Shown: one piece after another, positions 52,646 to 64,000 of the stretch
Layout: the number at the start of each line of letters is the position of its first letter
How positions within the stretch are numbered: position 1 is the stretch's first letter
Assembly (NCBI GenBank): GCA_964057225.1
Contig: OZ059900.1
Span: forward strand, 22,754,001-22,818,000
Origin: Auanema rhodensis
Taxonomy: Eukaryota > Animalia > Nematoda
DNA length: 64,000 nt
Reading direction: 5' to 3'
Program-made: the position numbers and the translations under genes
The notes under the pieces: generated by a model
What the model saw: the letters and a program-made list of their open reading frames with translations, nothing else
Database searches by the model: none
What the model was told of the DNA's origin: nothing

Positions 52646-55600
52646 ATGAAACCTAGCTCAAAATTGTTTGTACAACGTCTAGTTCCACTTTCACGACAAA
52701 AAAACAGGGGTTAGAAAATTAAGGAAATTAGCATATTCTGAGGGCACGCCCCTTATGGCTAATATTGATTAAATCGATTTTTGTTCATATGAGTCGTCAA
52801 ATGAAACGAATTTCAGCGTGTTACATACTAAAATGAAGTATTTTACATGCTGAACATTAGAAGAATACAAAAACACAGTTTTTCCCATGAGAAATATTTT
52901 ATTATGCTGGAAAACCAGTTTTTGGAATTTTCGCTGTAAACGAGGTTTTGACTTATGATTTCATGTGTTCAAACTCATGCAATGTCAATGAAACCTAGCT
53001 CAAAATTGTTCCTACAACGTCTAGTACCACTTTCACGACAAAAAACAGGGGTTAGAAAATTAAGGAAATTAGCATATTCTGAGGGCACGCCCCTTATGGC
53101 TAATATTGATTAAATCGATTTTTGTTCATATGAGTCGTCAAATGCAACGAATTTCAGCGTGTTACATACTTAAATGAAGCATTTTACATGCTGAACACTA
53201 GAAAAATACAAAAACACAGTATTTCTCATGAGAAATATTTTATTATGCTGGAAAACCAGTTTTTGGAAATTTCGCTGTAAACAAGGTTTTCACTTACGAT
53301 TTCATGTGTTCAAACTCATGCAATGTCAATGAAACCTAGCTCAAAATTGTTTGTACAACGTCTAGTTCCACTTTCACGACAAAAAAACAGGGGTTAGAAA
53401 ATTAAGGAAATTAGCATATTCTGAGGGCACGCCCCTTATGGCTAATATTGATTTAAACGATTTTTGTTCATATGAGTCGTCAAATGCAACGAATTTCAGC
53501 GTGTTACATACTAAAATGAAGCATTTTTCATGCTGAACACTAGAAAAATACAAAAACACAGTATTTCTCATGAGAAATATTTTATTATGCTGGAAAACCA
53601 GTTTTTGGAATTTTCGCTGTAAACGAGGTTTTGACTTACGATTTCATGTGTTCAAACTCATGCAATGTCAATGAAACCTAGCTCAAAATTGTTTGTACAA
53701 CGTCTAGTTCCACTTTCACGACAAAAAAACAGGGGTTAGAAAATTAAGGAAATTAGCATATTCTGAGGGCACGCCCCTTATGGCTAATATTGATTAAATC
53801 GATTTTTGTTCATATGAGTAGTCAAATGCAACGAATTTCAGCGTGTTACATACTAAAATGAAGCATTTCACATGCTGAACACTAGAAAAATACAAAAACA
53901 CAGTATTTCCCATGAGAAATATTTTATTATGCTGGAAAACCAGTTTTTGGAAATTTCGCTGTAAACAAGGTTTGACTTACGATTTCATGTGTTCAAACTC
54001 ATGCAATGTCAATGAAACCTAGCTCAAAATTGTTCGTACAACGTCTAGTTCCACTTTCACGACAAAAAAACAGGGGTTAGAAAATTTAGTAAATTAGCAT
54101 ATTCTGAGGGCACGCCCCTTATGGCTAATATTGATTAAATCGATTTTTGTTCATATGAGTCGTCAAATGCAACGAATTTCAGCGTGTTACATACTAAAAT
54201 GAAGTATTTTACATGCTGAACACTAGAAAAATACAAAAACACAGTATTTCCCATGAGAAATATTTTATTATGCTGGAAAACCAGTTTTTGGACATTTCGC
54301 TGTAAACAAGGTTTTGACTTACGATTTCATGTGTTCAAACTCATGCAATGTCAATGAAACCTAGCTCAAAATTGTTTGTACAACGTCTAGTTCCACTTTC
54401 ACGACAAAAAAACAGGGGTTAGAAAATTAAGGAAATTAGCATATTCTGAGGGCACGCCCCTTATGGCTAATATTGATTTAAACGATTTTTGTTCATATGA
54501 GTCGTCAAATGCAACGAATTTCAGCGTGTTACATACTAAAATGAAGCATTTTACATGCTGAACACTAGAAAAATACAAAAACACAGTATTTCTCATGAGA
54601 AATATTTTATTATGCTGGAAAACCAGTTTTTGGAATTTTCGCTGTAAACAAGGTTTGACTTACGATTTCATGTGTTCAAACTCATGCAATGTCAATGAAA
54701 CCTAGCTCAAAATTGTTCGTACAACGTCTAGTTCCACTTTCACGACAAAAAAACAGGGGTTAGAAAATTTAGGAAATTAGCATATTCTGAGGGCACGCCC
54801 CTTATGGCTAATATTGATTAAATCGATTTTTGTTCATATGAGTCGTCAAATGCAACGAATTTCAGCGTGTTACATACTAAAATGGAGTATTTTACATGCT
54901 GAACACTAGAAAAATACAAAAACACAGTATTTCCCATGAGAAATATTTTATTATGCTGGAAAACCAGTTTTTGGAAATTTCGCTGTAAACAAGGTTTTGA
55001 CTTACGATTTCATGTGTTCAAACTCATGCAATGTCAATGAAACCTAGCTCAAAATTGTTCCTACAACGTCTAGTTCCACTTTCACGACAAAAAACAGGGG
55101 TTAGAAAATTAAGGAAATTAGCATATTCTGAGGGCACGCCCCTTATGGCTAATATTGATTAAATCGATTTTTGTTCATATGAGTCGTCAAATGCAACGAA
55201 TTTCAGCGTGTTACATACTAAAATGAAGCATTTTACATGCGGAACACTAGAAAAATACAAAAACACAGTATTTCCCATGAGAAATATTTTATTATGCTGG
55301 AAAACCAGTTTTTGGAAATTTCGCTGTAAACAAGGTTTTGACTTACGATTTCATGTGTTCAAACTCATGCAATGTCAATGAAACCTAGCTCAAAATTGTT
55401 CGTACAACGTCTAGTTCCACTTTCACGACAAAAAAACAGGGGTTAGAAAATTTAGGAAATTAGCATATTCTGAGGGCACGCCCCTTATGGCTAATATTGA
55501 TTAAATCGATTTTTGTTCATATGAGTCGTCAAATGCAACGAATTTCAGCGTGTTACATACTAAAATGGAGTATTTTACATGCTGAACACTAGAAAAATAC

Positions 55601-56401
55601 AAAAACACAGTATTTCCCATGAGAAATATTTTATTATGCTGGAAAACCAGTTTTTGGAAATTTCGCTGTAAACAAGGTTTTGACTTACGATTTCATGTGT
55701 TCAAACTCATGCAATGTCAATGAAACCTAGCTCAAAATTGTTCCTACAACGTCTAGTTCCACTTTCACGACAAAAAACAGGGGTTAGAAAATTAAGGAAA
55801 TTAGCATATTCTGAGGGCACGCCCCTTATGGCTAATATTGATTAAATCGATTTTTGTTCATATGAGTCGTCAAATGCAACGAATTTCAGCGTGTTACATA
55901 CTAAAATGAAGCATTTTACATGCTGAACACTAGAAAAATACGAAAACACAGTTTTTCCCATGAGAAATATTTTATTATGCTGGAAAACCAGTTTTTGGAA
56001 ATTTCGCTGTAAACAAGGTTTTGACTTACGATTTCATGTGTTCAAACTCATGCAATGTCAATGAAACCTAGCTCAAAATTGTTTGTACAACGTCTAGTTC
56101 CACTTTCACGACAAAAAAACAGGGGTTAGAAAATTAAGGAAATTAGCATATTCTGAGGGCACGCCCCTTATGGCTAATATTGATTAAATCGATTTTTGTT
56201 CATATGAGTAGTCAAATGCAACGAATTTCAGCGTGTTACATACTAAAATGAAGCATTTCACATGCTGAACACTAGAAAAATACAAAAACACAGTATTTCC
56301 CATGAGAAATATTTTATTATGCTGGAAAACCAGTTTTTGGAAATTTCGCTGTAAACAAGGTTTGACTTACGATTTCATGTGTTCAAACTCATGCAATGTC
56401 A

Positions 56402-58791
56402 ATGAAACCTAGCTCAAAATTGTTCGTACAACGTCTAGTTCCACTTTCACGACAAAAAAACAGGGGTTAGAAAATTTAGTAAATTAGCATATTCTGAGGG
56501 CACGCCCCTTATGGCTAATATTGATTAAATCGATTTTTGTTCATATGAGTCGTCAAATGCAACGAATTTCAGCGTGTTACATACTAAAATGAAGTATTTT
56601 ACATGCTGAACACTAGAAAAATACAAAAACACAGTATTTCCCATGAGAAATATTTTATTATGCTGGAAAACCAGTTTTTGGACATTTCGCTGTAAACAAG
56701 GTTTTGACTTACGATTTCATGTGTTCAAACTCATGCAATGTCAATGAAACCTAGCTCAAAATTGTTCCTACAACGTCTAGTTCCACTTTCACGACAAAAA
56801 ACAGGGGTTAGAAAATTAAGGAAATTAGCATATTCTGAGGGCACGCCCCTTATGGCTAATATTGATTAAATCGATTTTTGTTCATATGAGTCGTCAAATG
56901 CAACGAATTTCAGCGTGTTACATACTAAAATGAAGCATTTTACATGCTGAACATTAGAAAAATACAAAAACACAGTTTTTCCCATGAGAAATATTTTATT
57001 ATGCTGGAAAACCAGTTTTTGGAAATTTCGCTGTAAACAAGGTTTTGACTTACGATTTCATGTGTTCAAACTCATGCAATGTCAATGAAACCTAGCTCAA
57101 AATTGTTCCTACAACGTCTAGTTCCACTTTCACGACAAAAAACAGGGGTTAGAAAATTAAGGAAATTAGCATATTCTGAGGGCACGCCCCTTATGGCTAA
57201 TATTGATTAAATCGATTTTTGTTCATATGAGTCGTCAAATGCAACGAATTTCAGCGTGTTACATACTTAAATGAAGCATTTTACATGCTGAACACTAGAA
57301 AAATACAAAAACACAGTATTTCTCATGAGAAATATTTTATTATGCTGGAAAACCAGTTTTTGGAAATTTCGCTGTAAACAAGGTTTTCACTTACGATTTC
57401 ATGTGTTCAAACTCATGCAATGTCAATGAAACCTAGCTCAAAATTTTTTGTACAACGTCTAGTTCCACTTTCACGACAAAAAAACAGGGGTTAGAAAATT
57501 AAGGAAATTAGCATATTCTGAGGGCACGCCCCTTATGGCTAATATTGATTAAATCGATTTTTGTTCATATGAGTAGTCAAATGCAACGAATTTCAGCGTG
57601 TTACATACTAAAATGAAGCATTTCACATGCTGAACACTAGAAAAATACAAAAACACAGTATTTCCCATGAGAAATATTTTATTATGCTGGAAAACCAGTT
57701 TTTGGAAATTTCGCTGTAAACAAGGTTTTGACTTACGATTTCATGTGTTCAAACTCATGCAATGTCAATGAAACCTAGCTCAAAATTGTTTGTACAACGT
57801 CTAGTTCCACTTTCACGACAAAAAAACAGGGGTTAGAAAATTAAGGAAATTAGCATATTCTGAGGGCACGCCCCTTATGGCTAATATTGATTTAAACGAT
57901 TTTTGTTCATATGAGTCGTCAAATGCAACGAATTTCAGCGTGTTACATACTAAAATGAAGCATTTTACATGCTGAACACTAGAAAAATACAAAAACACAG
58001 TATTTCTCATGAGAAATATTTTATTATGCTGGAAAACCAGTTTTTGGAATTTTCGCTGTAAACAAGGTTTGACTTACGATTTCATGTGTTCAAACTCATG
58101 CAATGTCAATGAAACCTAGCTCAAAATTGTTCGTACAACGTCTAGTTCCACTTTCACGACAAAAAAACAGGGGTTAGAAAATTTAGGAAATTAGCATATT
58201 CTGAGGGCACGCCCCTTATGGCTAATATTGATTAAATCGATTTTTGTTCATATGAGTCGTCAAATGCAACGAATTTCAGCGTGTTACATACTAAAATGAA
58301 GTATTTTACATGCTGAACACTAGAAAAATACAAAAACACAGTATTTCTCATGAGAAATATTTTATTATGCTGGAAAACCAGTTTTTGGAAATTTCGCTGT
58401 AAACAAGGTTTTGACTTACGATTTCATGTGTTCAAACTCAGGCAATGTCAATGAAACCTAGCTCAAAATTGTTCCTACAACGTCTAGTTCCACTTTCACG
58501 ACAAAAAACAGGGGTTAGAAAATTAAGGAAATTAGCATATTCTGAGGGCACGCCCCTTATGGCTAATATTGATTAAATCGATTTTTGTTCATATGAGTCG
58601 TCAAATGCAACGAATTTCAGCGTGTTACATACTAAAATGAAGCATTTTACATGCGGAACACTAGAAAAATACAAAAACACAGTATTTCCCATGAGAAATA
58701 TTTTATTATGCTGGAAAACCAGTTTTTGGAAATTTCGCTGTAAACAAGGTTTTGACTTACGATTTCATGTGTTCAAACTCATGCAATGTCA
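56402..58791. repeat. 7-monomer block duplicated at 61524-63913 (offset 5122 bp = 15 monomers)
   Basis: Same order in both: TTAGTAAA+GGACAT; ACATTAG; CTTAAA+TTTTCAC; ATTTTTTG; GATTTAAACG; TTCG/AAGTAT; GCGGAA. ORF-track positions 57813 and 62935 differ by 5122. Confidence 0.86.
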
Positions 58792-61700
58792 ATGAAACCT
58801 AGCTCAAAATTGTTTGTACAACGTCTAGTTCCACTTTCACGACAAAAAAACAGGGGTTAGAAAATTAAGGAAATTAGCATATTCTGAGGGCACGCCCCTT
58901 ATGGCTAATATTGATTAAATCGATTTTTGTTCATATGAGTAGTCAAATGCAACGAATTTCAGCGTGTTACATACTAAAATGAAGCATTTCACATGCTGAA
59001 CACTAGAAAAATACAAAAACACAGTATTTCCCATGAGAAATATTTTATTATGCTGGAAAACCAGTTTTTGGAAATTTCGCTGTAAACAAGGTTTGACTTA
59101 CGATTTCATGTGTTCAAACTCATGCAATGTCAATGAAACCTAGCTCAAAATTGTTCGTACAACGTCTAGTTCCACTTTCACGACAAAAAAACAGGGGTTA
59201 GAAAATTTAGGAAATTAGCATATTCTGAGGGCACGCCCCTTATGGCTAATATTGATTAAATCGATTTTTGTTCATATGAGTCGTCAAATGCAACGAATTT
59301 CAGCGTGTTACATACTAAAATGGAGTATTTTACATGCTGAACACTAGAAAAATACAAAAACACAGTATTTCCCATGAGAAATATTTTATTATGCTGGAAA
59401 ACCAGTTTTTGGAAATTTCGCTGTAAACAAGGTTTTGACTTACGATTTCATGTGTTCAAACTCATGCAATGTCAATGAAACCTAGCTCAAAATTGTTCCT
59501 ACAACGTCTAGTTCCACTTTCACGACAAAAAACAGGGGTTAGAAAATTAAGGAAATTAGCATATTCTGAGGGCACGCCCCTTATGGCTAATATTGATTAA
59601 ATCGATTTTTGTTCATATGAGTCGTCAAATGCAACGAATTTCAGCGTGTTACATACTAAAATGAAGCATTTTACATGCTGAACACTAGAAAAATACGAAA
59701 ACACAGTTTTTCCCATGAGAAATATTTTATTATGCTGGAAAACCAGTTTTTGGAAATTTCGCTGTAAACAAGGTTTTGACTTACGATTTCATGTGTTCAA
59801 ACTCATGCAATGTCAATGAAACCTAGCTCAAAATTGTTCGTACAACGTCTAGTTCCACTTTCACGACAAAAAAACAGGGGTTAGAAAATTTAGGAAATTA
59901 GCATATTCTGAGGGCACGCCCCTTATGGCTAATATTGATTAAATCGATTTTTGTTCATATGAGTCGTCAAATGAAACGAATTTCAGCGTGTTACATACTA
60001 AAATGAAGTATTTTACATGCTGAACATTAGAAAAATACAAAAACACAGTTTTTCCCATGAGAAATATTTTATTATGCTGGAAAACCAGTTTTTGGAAATT
60101 TCGCTGTAAACAAGGTTTTGACTTACGATTTCATGTGTTCAAACTCATGCAATGTCAATGAAACCTAGCTCAAAATTGTTCCTACAACGTCTAGTTCCAC
60201 TTTCACGACAAAAAACAGGGGTTAGAAAATTAAGGAAATTAGCATATTCTGAGGGCACGCCCCTTATGGCTAATATTGATTAAATCGATTTTTGTTCATA
60301 TGAGTCGTCAAATGCAACGAATTTCAGCGTGTTACATACTTAAATGAAGCATTTTACATGCTGAACACTAGAAAAATACAAAAACACAGTATTTCTCATG
60401 AGAAATATTTTATTATGCTGGAAAACCAGTTTTTGGAAATTTCGCTGTAAACAAGGTTTTCACTTACGATTTCATGTGTTCAAACTCATGCAATGTCAAT
60501 GAAACCTAGCTCAAAATTTTTTGTACAACGTCTAGTTCCACTTTCACGACAAAAAAACAGGGGTTAGAAAATTAAGGAAATTAGCATATTCTGAGGGCAC
60601 GCCCCTTATGGCTAATATTGATTAAATCGATTTTTGTTCATATGAGTAGTCAAATGCAACGAATTTCAGCGTGTTACATACTAAAATGAAGCATTTCACA
60701 TGCTGAACACTAGAAAAATACAAAAACACAGTATTTCCCATGAGAAATATTTTATTATGCTGGAAAACCAGTTTTTGGAAATTTCGCTGTAAACAAGGTT
60801 TTGACTTACGATTTCATGTGTTCAAACTCATGCAATGTCAATGAAACCTAGCTCAAAATTGTTTGTACAACGTCTAGTTCCACTTTCACGACAAACAAAC
60901 AGGGGTTAGAAAATTAAGGAAATTAGCATATTCTGAGGGCACGCCCCTTATGGCTAATATTGATTTAAACGATTTTTGTTCATATGAGTCGTCAAATGCA
61001 ACGAATTTCAGCGTGTTACATACTAAAATGAAGCATTTTACATGCTGAACACTAGAAAAATACAAAAACACAGTATTTCTCATGAGAAATATTTTATTAT
61101 GCTGGAAAACCAGTTTTTGGAATTTTCGCTGTAAACGAGGTTTTGACTTACGATTTCATGTGTTCAAACTCATGCAATGTCAATGAAACCTAGCTCAAAA
61201 TTGTTTGTACAACGTCTAGTTCCACTTTCACGACAAAAAAACAGGGGTTAGAAAATTAAGGAAATTAGCATATTCTGAGGGCACGCCCCTTATGGCTAAT
61301 ATTGATTAAATCGATTTTTGTTCATATGAGTCGTCAAATGCAACGAATTTCAGCGTGTTACATACTTAAATGAAGCATTTTACATGCTGAACACTAGAAA
61401 AATACAAAAACACAGTATTTCCCATGAGAAATATTTTATTATGCTGGAAAACCAGTTTTTGGAAATTTCGCTGTAAACAAGGTTTGACTTACGATTTCAT
61501 GTGTTCAAACTCATGCAATGTCAATGAAACCTAGCTCAAAATTGTTCGTACAACGTCTAGTTCCACTTTCACGACGAAAAAACAGGGGTTAGAAAATTTA
61601 GTAAATTAGCATATTCTGAGGGCACGCCCCTCATGGCTAATATTGATTAAATCAATTTTTGTTCATATGAGTCGTCAAATGCAACGAATTTCAGCGTGTT

Positions 61701-64000
61701 ACATACTAAAATGAAGTATTTTACATGCTGAACACTGGAAAAATACAAAAACACAGTATTTCCCATGAGAAATATTTTATTATGCTGGAAAACCAGTTTT
61801 TGGACATTTCGCTGTAAACAAGGTTTTGACTTACGATTTCATGTGTTCAAACTCATGCAATGTCAATGAAACCTAGCTCAAAATTGTTCCTACAACGTCT
61901 AGTTCCACTTTCACGACAAAAAACAGGGGTTAGAAAATTAAGGAAATTAGCATATTCTGAGGGCACGCCCCTTATGGCTAATATTGATTAAATCGATTTT
62001 TGTTCATATGAGTCGTCAAATGCAACGAATTTCAGCGTGTTACATACTAAAATGAAGCATTTTACATGCTGAACATTAGAAAAATACAAAAACACAGTTT
62101 TTCCCATGAGAAATATTTTATTATGCTGGAAAACCAGTTTTTGGAAATTTCGCTGTAAACAAGGTTTTGACTTACGATTTCATGTGTTCAAACTCATGCA
62201 ATGTCAATGAAACCTAGCTCAAAATTGTTCCTACAACGTCTAGTTCCACTTTCACGACAAAAAACAGGGGTTAGAAAATTAAGGAAATTAGCATATTCTG
62301 AGGGCACGCCCCTTATGGCTAATATTGATTAAATCGATTTTTGTTCATATGAGTCGTCAAATGCAACGAATTTCAGCGTGTTACATACTTAAATGAAGCA
62401 TTTTACATGCTGAACACTAGAAAAATACAAAAACACAGTATTTCTCATGAGAAATATTTTATTATGCTGGAAAACCAGTTTTTGGAAATTTCGCTGTAAA
62501 CAAGGTTTTCACTTACGATTTCATGTGTTCAAACTCATGCAATGTCAATGAAACCTAGCTCAAAATTTTTTGTACAACGTCTAGTTCCACTTTCACGACA
62601 AAAAAACAGGGGTTAGAAAATTAAGGAAATTAGCATATTCTGAGGGCACGCCCCTTATGGCTAATATTGATTAAATCGATTTTTGTTCATATGAGTAGTC
62701 AAATGCAACGAATTTCAGCGTGTTACATACTAAAATGAAGCATTTCACATGCTGAACACTAGAAAAATACAAAAACACAGTATTTCCCATGAGAAATATT
62801 TTATTATGCTGGAAAACCAGTTTTTGGAAATTTCGCTGTAAACAAGGTTTTGACTTACGATTTCATGTGTTCAAACTCATGCAATGTCAATGAAACCTAG
62901 CTCAAAATTGTTTGTACAACGTCTAGTTCCACTTTCACGACAAAAAAACAGGGGTTAGAAAATTAAGGAAATTAGCATATTCTGAGGGCACGCCCCTTAT
63001 GGCTAATATTGATTTAAACGATTTTTGTTCATATGAGTCGTCAAATGCAACGAATTTCAGCGTGTTACATACTAAAATGAAGCATTTTACATGCTGAACA
63101 CTAGAAAAATACAAAAACACAGTATTTCTCATGAGAAATATTTTATTATGCTGGAAAACCAGTTTTTGGAATTTTCGCTGTAAACAAGGTTTGACTTACG
63201 ATTTCATGTGTTCAAACTCATGCAATGTCAATGAAACCTAGCTCAAAATTGTTCGTACAACGTCTAGTTCCACTTTCACGACAAAAAAACAGGGGTTAGA
63301 AAATTTAGGAAATTAGCATATTCTGAGGGCACGCCCCTTATGGCTAATATTGATTAAATCGATTTTTGTTCATATGAGTCGTCAAATGCAACGAATTTCA
63401 GCGTGTTACATACTAAAATGAAGTATTTTACATGCTGAACACTAGAAAAATACAAAAACACAGTATTTCCCATGAGAAATATTTTATTATGCTGGAAAAC
63501 CAGTTTTTGGAAATTTCGCTGTGAACAAGGTTTTGACTTACGATTTCATGTGTTCAAACTCATGCAATGTCAATGAAACCTAGCTCAAAATTGTTCCTAC
63601 AACGTCTAGTTCCACTTTCACGACAAAAAACAGGGGTTAGAAAATTAAGGAAATTAGCATATTCTGAGGGCACGCCCCTTATGGCTAATATTGATTAAAT
63701 CGATTTTTGTTCATATGAGTCGTCAAATGCAACGAATTTCAGCGTGTTACATACTAAAATGAAGCATTTTACATGCGGAACACTAGAAAAATACAAAAAC
63801 ACAGTATTTCCCATGAGAAATATTTTATTATGCTGGAAAACCAGTTTTTGGAAATTTCGCTGTAAACAAGGTTTTGACTTACGATTTCATGTGTTCAAAC
63901 TCATGCAATGTCAATGAAACCTAGCTCAAAATTGTTTGTACAACGTCTAGTTCCACTTTCACGACAAAAAAACAGGGGTTAGAAAATTAAGGAAATTAGC

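Larger units (their letters stand above)
1..64000. repeat. Tandem satellite DNA array, 342-bp monomer, ~187 copies, highly homogeneous (candidate centromeric/pericentromeric satellite)
   Basis: The unit starting ATGAAACCTAGCTCAAAATTG recurs at 1, 343, 685, 1027 ... 63573, 63914 with period 342 (341 or 343 where a homopolymer changes length). No interruption or inversion seen. The array runs off both window edges. Confidence 0.99.

Noticed and set aside
1-64000. CRISPR array or other repeat-spacer/cassette system
   Set aside because: No unique spacers; the entire 342 bp is repeated and there are no associated genes.

Overview
The whole 64 kb window is one uninterrupted head-to-tail array of an AT-rich (~34% GC) 342-bp satellite DNA. 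By my count it holds 187 complete monomers (144 of 342 bp, 42 of 341 bp, 1 of 343 bp) plus an 87-bp partial monomer. All monomers are in the same orientation and differ only by a few SNPs or 1-bp indels. I found no genes, transposons, RNA genes or CRISPR arrays. The eleven 65-aa ORFs arise only because one monomer variant loses a stop codon. The informative structure lies in the variant pattern. (i) There is a succession of local, low-copy higher-order repeats (HORs: 14-mer = 8+6, 3-, 8-, 10-, 5-mers) plus non-adjacent block duplications, with chimeric monomers marking crossover points. (ii) The two ends of the window share diagnostic variants that are absent from the middle ~43 kb. (iii) The monomer is rich in dyad symmetries, carries a CENP-B-box-like 17-mer, and shows traces of an ancient ~171-bp dimer. 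This fits a eukaryotic centromeric or pericentromeric satellite, but centromere function and species cannot be established from sequence alone. Monomer typing was done by eye and should be confirmed computationally.
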